Under the pieces are notes generated by a model. The model was not told where the DNA came from. It did not search any database and saw nothing but the letters and a program-made list of their open reading frames with translations. A DNA stretch of 64,000 nucleotides from Patescibacteria group bacterium. Its GTDB lineage: Bacteria; Patescibacteriota; Microgenomatia; JAMCYU01. The translations under genes were made by a program, and so were the position numbers. The stretch is taken from contig JAMCYU010000001.1 in NCBI GenBank assembly GCA_023473585.1, positions 66,507 through 130,506 on the forward strand, written 5' to 3'. Shown in pieces: positions 58,901-64,000 of this stretch. The first letter of the stretch is position 1; every line of letters starts with the position of its first letter.

Positions 58901-61900
58901 GGTAACGGTCAAAGTCGCGGATCGGTCTTCGGTATTTAAATCACTGCATAATCCGGCCACTGATTCGGCTTGATAGGTTAAATCATTTTCCGAACTTTCC
59001 CTCACCCTATAAGTGCCAACCGGAATAACGGCGTCCTGACCGGTAATAAAAGATCCATCAATTCCGTCTATAGCAAATGACCAAGAGTTAGGTGAAGCGT
59101 CTCCTTGAGAAACGACTTTTTCAAAGGTAACTCTTCCGTAAGTTGTGGCCGGAGCATTCCCAAAATCTTTACCGGTTGCGTTTGATCCTTGAGTTATTGT
59201 CCAGTAACCGTCAGGCATTGGATAAGTTTGGGTGTAGCCGTTTTGCGTTACCTCACCGATAATGACATTGCCAGAAATGTTGGGCAAAGAAAACGTATAA
59301 TTACCGGAATCATCAGTTAACGTCTGGGTAATTACTTTATAGATCTCAACATGCAAAGCTCCCGTATCGTTGCTTGGGTAAAAATCACTGATTTGAAATT
59401 TAAGAGCCGCGCCGCTACCGGTTACCATCTGCCAATAAACATGGCTTGCATTGTACGCTCCCCAATTCGGCGAAGTTCCGTCGATCTGCAAATCAAGCAG
59501 GGTTGGCCCGTAACTTTCGTAATGCTGAACATAATCCGTCCAACCGGTATTGGGCGCGCGTTTGGAATATTTGGCGTCGGCCGTAATCCCATCACCCGCG
59601 TCATAGGTGTTGGAAACCCTAATGGCATAAGCGATCCCGCTATTTAATACAGGCGAAGTAACTTCAGGCGTATTTAAAGCCTGGACATCGCTTTCCCATG
59701 CTTTCTGTCCGACAAAAATCGTCCAATCCGAAAGACCCGATTCTCCTTCATCTTTAATTCCATCCCCATTTAAATCATTGAATTTCACCCCAGTGATTTT
59801 CTTATTAAGCGGATCGTTTTCAAAATTATAAGTTTCCTGTCTATTTACTTGATAAACACCACCTTCTGGGGCAACTTGAATCCACCCTGGACGAGAACCT
59901 TCAGCAACATAAATTCCATCATTAACTACCTCACAAATCCTTCCAAATTCATAACCACCTTCTTCATCGGTCGGGGTCTTGGAAATAATTCTGTAGATGT
60001 TAACCGTTAATGAACCAGAATTGTCCCCATACCCGCTGTCCCAAATGCTAAAGTTGGCCGGTGAACCACTGCCGGTATAAATTGTTGAGTAACGATGAGT
60101 GGGATTATATTCGCCCCAATCAATGTTTGAACCACTGATTAAGACATCTAAGGCATTCGTCCAGACTGGTGGAAAAACATCCTCTCCTTTTTTCCATCCC
60201 GGCCCATAACTCCAATCTGGTCTATCTGAATATTCAGCATCGGCTTGGCCAGAACTTCCACCGGCTCCTGGAGTAATATAAGTATAAGTTCCCGAAACTT
60301 CTACATAATAATCTTCACTATTGTTAAGGGAAACCGAAGAAGGATAACTGTTACCATTAGGCAAAACATTAACAGTGTCAATTTTTTCCAGAAGATAAAT
60401 TGGCCAATCTTCGACTCCTTCTTCGGTGTCAGCATTTATTTTCCGCCCGGAAATTTCACCACACCACTTACATTCGTATCCCAAAGCTTCTACCCAGTTA
60501 ACGGCAATTTGACCCCATGTTTGACATCCTGACCAAATCGTGTTGGTAGCATGAAGTCGAACATTTATATCACCAGTTAAATTAGGAACTGCAACCTCAA
60601 TCGTGTTCCAAAGCTCGGTACTATCTAAAACATCAGTGTAGTGAGCCGTTAAAACTCCATTGACATAAACATCATAATCATCAAAATTTGAAAGACCATC
60701 TAAAGCCCGAATTTTGAGTTTATTAACATATTTGTTACCCGCATGAATGACAAAAGAGGCATCTCTTTCTACTTCACTTCCACCACATTCAGTATTTCCT
60801 ACAATTAAGCCGAAAGCAGGAACGGGCGTTCCGTCTCGCCCGCCATAATTCCCCGTCCCCGGATCAGCTCCCCAACCGGAAGCATTATGAGCAATTTCAC
60901 TGTCACTATTCCCCAAATCAATAGAATCTACCAGTCCATCATTAGTTGGCTCACCAACCTCACAAATACCACTTTGTTCGATTAGCTCACAGGAAGAATT
61001 GCAAAGAAATCCTTCTTGCCCATTATTCGCCTGCCCATAGTCACATTTCTCGCTTGACTGATTAACAATTCCGTCTCCACAATAAGGACGAGTACAATCA
61101 TATCCGGAAACTTCTGCCCAGTTAACTGTCACTTGTCCCCAACCGTTACATCCTCCCCAGGCCGGATCGGTTGACTTCAGTGTCACCATCACTGGACCCT
61201 CTAACCCATTTCCGGAAGGACCAGGCACTGGAAATATCTGTGTTCCCCAAATCTCTCCACCTTGACCGTTATCTTTATAATGCGCCAGGAAATTCCCATT
61301 GACTAAAACATCAAAACCGTCTGTTCCGCTAATACCATCAAGCGCTCTAATACTCAATGAAGTAATATATTTACCAGTTTGCCCTATGGTAAATCCTGCC
61401 GTTGCCGAAGTTGGACTAATACATTCATCGCTTCCTGGACCAACTACCATCCCGACCCATTCATGACCATCCCATCCTCCATAGGTAGAATCTGAAGGAT
61501 TTCCGTTCGCTGGTCGCCAACCATTCCTATTAAACGGATCACCATTATTTCCGTCAATATCAATCTTTTGAGAAAAGGTTTGAATTTGGGATTGATTTGG
61601 ACAAGAAGAAGTTGCGTTGTTCCACGTACACGAAGTGGAACAAGAAGTTGTAGAACCGTTATTTTGCCCGAAATCACACTGTTCACCTGAGTCTAAAATT
61701 CCATTACCGCAGAGTTGTTGATCTGGATCAACTTGATAATTATCTTTTTTGTTCTCAAAATCAACGCCATATTCGCCACAGTCGTTATTGGCAACTGTGT
61801 AAGCGTCAAAACAAAAGCCGCCATTTATATCTGTTTGACGAGATCCTGAAGCTACGATTTGATTCGGATCACAAGAAGCTCCCTCTGGTTTACCTTCAAT

Positions 61901-62875
61901 ATTCCAATCGTAGGAAGTATTCGGGTTGAAACCACTACCGTTGATATAAACATGATGACCTTTGGGATAATGATTTATATCTTGCTGGTCTGTTCCACAA
62001 CTTCCATCTGTGGTCCAAATTGACCCACTACCTCCATTTACCGACGTATCAGCATCAGTAAATGTCGTTGCGGCGACAATTCTATCACCATCTTTGATTT
62101 CGGCTTTATAATTCGGCCTGTAGGTTCCGTCTAATTGGTAAGAATAGAAAAGATTACCTTTATCATCTGCTGTCACTTTGGTTTCGAAATTAACCGAAGG
62201 CAAGTCTTGGGAAGTAATAATTAAGGTGTAGCCTTTATTTGGCATAAAGCCCGTGCCGGTGATTAAAACCGTATCCGTCGGCGCGTAGTCGAGTTTGTCG
62301 GTGACAATTTTGGCGCTGCCTTCGGTTTGGAAATCTAAGTCGAGTTTGTCAATCGAGGCGGCCTTGGTATCTTCTAAAATAATCGCTGCTAAATGGCCGT
62401 TTTCTTTTGGTTCCGGAGTAGTTGTGGGTTCGGGCGAAGTTGTGGCTTGGGTTTGATCGCCGTTAACTTGGGGCGTGCTGCTTGCGGTTTCTTCTGGTGG
62501 CGCCTGCGGTTGATTGGCAGGAGAAGTCGTTTCCGGTTTTGGAGCTTCTGAAGGCTGCGGACTATTCGTCAGTTCCGGTGTCACGCTTGGTTTAACCGTT
62601 ATCTCCGGCGTCGGACTCACGTTCGGGGTTGGACTTACTTTTGGAGTAATTTCCGGTTCGGGAGAAGAAGTTATCGCTGGTGTCTCTGTTGGTATTGGTG
62701 TTGGTTCAGCCGTAACGGTCGGTTCCGGTGTCGGCGTTGCCCCTTGAGAATAAACCGGCTGATATAAAAAAATGCCGCTGGAAATTTGGAAAATTAAAGA
62801 AAAAATAGAAAAAACGGAGAAAATCCTTTGCAGTTTTTTAAGTTTCCTTTGACTTAGGTTAAGAAAACTGACCAT
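55976..62875 (-). CDS. Giant surface/adhesin-like protein (Pro/Thr linker, Cys-rich repeats, LecA-like inserts, SdrD-B repeats, DUF11, internal TM pair, FN3-like domain, C-terminal anchor)
   Basis: CGNGILDSGEQCD and CGDGIVNQSSEKCD; five K(F/Y/W)xDxNxxx...W repeats; PGGTVTYTLTVTN..RDTLP; terminal TM plus RR. Start moved to ATG 62875, downstream of the promoter. Confidence 0.88.
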   Translation of the reverse strand: MVSFLNLSQRKLKKLQRIFSVFSIFSLIFQISSGIFLYQPVYSQGATPTPEPTVTAEPTPIPTETPAITSSPEPEITPKVSPTPNVSPTPEITVKPSVTPELTNSPQPSEAPKPETTSPANQPQAPPEETASSTPQVNGDQTQATTSPEPTTTPEPKENGHLAAIILEDTKAASIDKLDLDFQTEGSAKIVTDKLDYAPTDTVLITGTGFMPNKGYTLIITSQDLPSVNFETKVTADDKGNLFYSYQLDGTYRPNYKAEIKDGDRIVAATTFTDADTSVNGGSGSIWTTDGSCGTDQQDINHYPKGHHVYINGSGFNPNTSYDWNIEGKPEGASCDPNQIVASGSRQTDINGGFCFDAYTVANNDCGEYGVDFENKKDNYQVDPDQQLCGNGILDSGEQCDFGQNNGSTTSCSTSCTWNNATSSCPNQSQIQTFSQKIDIDGNNGDPFNRNGWRPANGNPSDSTYGGWDGHEWVGMVVGPGSDECISPTSATAGFTIGQTGKYITSLSIRALDGISGTDGFDVLVNGNFLAHYKDNGQGGEIWGTQIFPVPGPSGNGLEGPVMVTLKSTDPAWGGCNGWGQVTVNWAEVSGYDCTRPYCGDGIVNQSSEKCDYGQANNGQEGFLCNSSCELIEQSGICEVGEPTNDGLVDSIDLGNSDSEIAHNASGWGADPGTGNYGGRDGTPVPAFGLIVGNTECGGSEVERDASFVIHAGNKYVNKLKIRALDGLSNFDDYDVYVNGVLTAHYTDVLDSTELWNTIEVAVPNLTGDINVRLHATNTIWSGCQTWGQIAVNWVEALGYECKWCGEISGRKINADTEEGVEDWPIYLLEKIDTVNVLPNGNSYPSSVSLNNSEDYYVEVSGTYTYITPGAGGSSGQADAEYSDRPDWSYGPGWKKGEDVFPPVWTNALDVLISGSNIDWGEYNPTHRYSTIYTGSGSPANFSIWDSGYGDNSGSLTVNIYRIISKTPTDEEGGYEFGRICEVVNDGIYVAEGSRPGWIQVAPEGGVYQVNRQETYNFENDPLNKKITGVKFNDLNGDGIKDEGESGLSDWTIFVGQKAWESDVQALNTPEVTSPVLNSGIAYAIRVSNTYDAGDGITADAKYSKRAPNTGWTDYVQHYESYGPTLLDLQIDGTSPNWGAYNASHVYWQMVTGSGAALKFQISDFYPSNDTGALHVEIYKVITQTLTDDSGNYTFSLPNISGNVIIGEVTQNGYTQTYPMPDGYWTITQGSNATGKDFGNAPATTYGRVTFEKVVSQGDASPNSWSFAIDGIDGSFITGQDAVIPVGTYRVRESSENDLTYQAESVAGLCSDLNTEDRSATLTVTEDGGTCTFINTKLGQITAHKFEDNNQDGLENGNDRGLAGWEMGVYEGFDCGGQMIGEGTEDTDQNGNAVFPNLVPGEYSVREENLTEGWTNTTDLCQNVDLTLGEEKIIKFGNFRLGMIQGKKYEDLNDNSKYNAGEPYLDQWTIRVYKAAEEGWNKVDELITGHTGITGQYRADGLSLGTYYLCEVLPSGWIQTDPRGKEGFANQSRATDEAPRCRKAIINHSGDRDNTGKNFGNLHYGSISGLKYEDINVNGSREENEGGLSEWTIQLKDIEGTILRTTTTATESGTYTFENVISGTYQVCEESQKGWQRTQPTDSDCQTVVVNPGQETTDMNFGNFKLGEVSGWKWDDYNGNGFWDEGEPALSGWEICLSPSEEPTFRFTEQDNGNCVQTNDNGYFEFTGLRAGNYRLTETAQPGWDQTWPVDPNYYDLTINSGSSYGGEECNGQPRGGEFVTNLVRQPFCTNFGNELQPITLTLSKINNILGSMGPGGTVTYTLTVTNTSKIIARDVSVRDTLPIGFGYVASSTTGASEPTVTGQNIVWSLGNLNPDAIVTITYQAKTDSSLQEGKYPNVALAWGNNRVLNAADNYKTYTDPAWSWVNLIPGVSLSAGIGGTIQQVLGASTETGKVLGAATGAETGWLILAILMIFLGLALKNLGKLRKLIKMMILVAPLLFGLTYAKPAQAANLTVQITTLPEYKNTPVFKLSYTALQTKGEPIQAQFYYHKEGGPELAFGSLLNGETGSIETTTAIVNEQGKYYFKVAATGGGESASSETSTTVDWNNPKTPTNYRKDRAGANAFKIFWKNPDSSDFYKVFIYRSDKRDFTADNGTKIGERGGVPNEDINYLDNSIPWSGETYYALRAIDKAGNASDLVGDGGSITYVEVSPSPGTQSAGETQPLPVAGGVAGGEVLGQGTEGSPAAGAEPQAGTQPSSGTNTGATNGILGGGSKLIWVLGGLGLLALAFYFFSRRSS

Positions 62876-62903
62876 AAAAAATCTTCTGGGCAGAATTACG
62901 GTG

Positions 62904-62932
62904 ATTATATAATTAAAAATACGGGTTGTCAA
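62904..62932 (-). promoter_or_regulatory. Perfect consensus sigma70 promoter TTGACA-17-TATAAT for the giant protein
   Basis: -35 at 62932..62927, -10 at 62909..62904. Confidence 0.85.
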
Positions 62933-62939
62933 GACTGCC

Positions 62940-63527
62940 TCATTTTTTGGCCAAAACCAAAAGACGATAAAGAGTGGTTCCGGCTGGATAACAGGTTTGC
63001 AAAGTTAAAGTTTCTCCCTGAAGATTTTGTAATGTTTCGGCGACTTTATCGGGACTGACAATTTTTTTATCGGTTACCCTATAGGCGTATTTAAGAGAAT
63101 TATAGTAAACGATAATCTCGTCATTTTTTTCCAGTTTGGAGATGAGATAAAAAACGGCGTTATAACGACTGACGTTTAAGGGCGTATCGCTTGAATGGCC
63201 GAAAATAAAAACATTACCCGTCTCATTTGGCAGGATGCTTCCCTTAGCGTGAGCCACGCCTTTGGTTAAAATCGGTAAATATTCCTGAGGGTTGTTCGCA
63301 TCAACGTTGCTAAAAACTTTCACATTGAGTTCCAGCTTAGGGATAACCAAACCGAATTCTTCGGAAACCGGGGTTATTGTTTTGGGAATGGTTAATTCTT
63401 TGCCTCTTTTATTTTCCAGGTTTCGGTAGCGGATTTCCTCATTGACAATCGGCCAATAAACTAAAGCCAAAATAAGAAGACCTCCGCCAAGCAAAATCAG
63501 CCAGACATAATTTAAAACCTTAGTCAT
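62940..63527 (-). CDS. Sortase
   Basis: N-terminal TM, IPKL, GNVFIFGH, TLQTCYP...R (His/Cys/Arg triad). Confidence 0.92.
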   Translation of the reverse strand: MTKVLNYVWLILLGGGLLILALVYWPIVNEEIRYRNLENKRGKELTIPKTITPVSEEFGLVIPKLELNVKVFSNVDANNPQEYLPILTKGVAHAKGSILPNETGNVFIFGHSSDTPLNVSRYNAVFYLISKLEKNDEIIVYYNSLKYAYRVTDKKIVSPDKVAETLQNLQGETLTLQTCYPAGTTLYRLLVLAKK

Positions 63528-63825
63528 ATTTCGGTTCCACCGGTTCGCCGAGTTTACCCCCGTTTAAGGGGATTTTTAAAGCCCAGCCTAAAGTTTGGGC
63601 AACGGTTATTCCGACGCGAATCCCGGTAAACGAACCTGGCCCGGTTTCCACTTCAATTTCTGTTAGGTCTTCTAATTTAGTTTTATTCTTTTTGAGGATT
63701 TCGTCAACTAAAGATAAAACTTGTTGCGATTTATCAGGACCCGTCGCTTTTTCCAAACGCTCGTGATTTAACCCGACAATCGTTTTCTGATTATCTCTGG
63801 TGTCAATATAAAGTTTATTGCTCAT
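63520..63825 (-). CDS. tsaB: Minimal TsaB (t6A tRNA modification, N-terminal domain only)
   Basis: YIDT, GPGSFTGIRVG. Confidence 0.88.
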   Translation of the reverse strand: MSNKLYIDTRDNQKTIVGLNHERLEKATGPDKSQQVLSLVDEILKKNKTKLEDLTEIEVETGPGSFTGIRVGITVAQTLGWALKIPLNGGKLGEPVEPKYD

Positions 63826-63844
63826 AATCTTTTATCGGTTCTCC

Positions 63845-63872
63845 TGATACTATGATTTAAATCATAGTATCA
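63845..63872. repeat. Perfect 28-bp palindrome centred on the tsaC stop codon
   Basis: TGATACTATGATTT|AAATCATAGTATCA. Confidence 0.9.
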
Positions 63873-64000
63873 ACGGCACCCTGGCGGATGATTTTCCAAG
63901 GCTTAACCGAACAATCAAGAACCGTCGAGGCTTTTTTTAATGAACACTCGCCGGGCAAGACCAAATCGACTAACTTAACTAGCTCTGGATCCAAATCGGT
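63857..64000 (-). CDS. tsaC: 3' end of L-threonylcarbamoyladenylate synthase (TsaC/YrdC/Sua5); not in ORF track
   Basis: Manual translation TDLDPELVKLVDLVLPGECSLKKASTVLDCSVKPWKIIRQGAVDTMI*; STxxD and RQGA motifs; adjacent to tsaB. Confidence 0.85.
   Translation of the reverse strand, partial: TDLDPELVKLVDLVLPGECSLKKASTVLDCSVKPWKIIRQGAVDTMI

Noticed and set aside
832-62747. About 50 short alternative-frame or antisense ORFs in the ORF track (e.g. 8831..9208, 49343..49774, 56101..56424)
   Set aside because: They lie inside or largely overlap well-supported genes and show no recognisable motifs, so they are treated as shadow ORFs.
1-64000. Alternative genetic code (TGA as Gly/Trp), RNA genes, diversity-generating retroelement
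   Set aside because: TGA ends many complete genes in ATGA overlaps; no tRNA/rRNA, reverse transcriptase or TR/VR pair was recognised by eye (not computationally excluded).

Overview
This AT-rich bacterial window uses TGA as a stop codon. Gene content (short TsaB, YerC/YecD-like TrpR homologue, CAP protein, sortase, VLG-type tails) suggests Patescibacteria/CPR, probably Microgenomates; this is inferred, not database-checked. About 53 kb is a very large cell-surface glycosylation locus. It holds about 16 polytopic GT-C-type membrane proteins (TMTC-like, PIG-V-like, MptA/B-like, PMT/ArnT-like, YfhO-like, PTPS-related), 12 GT2 (5 of them polyprenol-phosphate-sugar synthase-like), 2 GT4, 2 Wzx flippases and nucleotide-sugar enzymes (RmlA/B/D, Ugd, Uxs, Gmd/Rmd-like, PseB/CapD-like, Fcl-like). 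It also holds a B12 radical SAM enzyme and an ABC-2 exporter. The right end encodes a CAP protein, an S8 protease, a C-N hydrolase, a ~2300-aa surface protein, a sortase, tsaB and the 3' end of tsaC. Main points for follow-up: (1) the giant protein has an internal sorting signal directly followed by a second signal peptide (possible polyprotein) and two LecA-like domains inserted into SdrD-B repeats; (2) an identical 26-bp element occurs twice, 49 kb apart, bracketing the glycosylation locus; (3) a TrpR-like gene is flanked by two copies of a 40-bp palindromic site; (4) the TMTC-like transferase has an N-terminal HTH-like segment; (5) heptamer repeats lie inside coding sequences; (6) several promoters appear leaderless. 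No rRNA, tRNA, CRISPR array or transposase was recognised.
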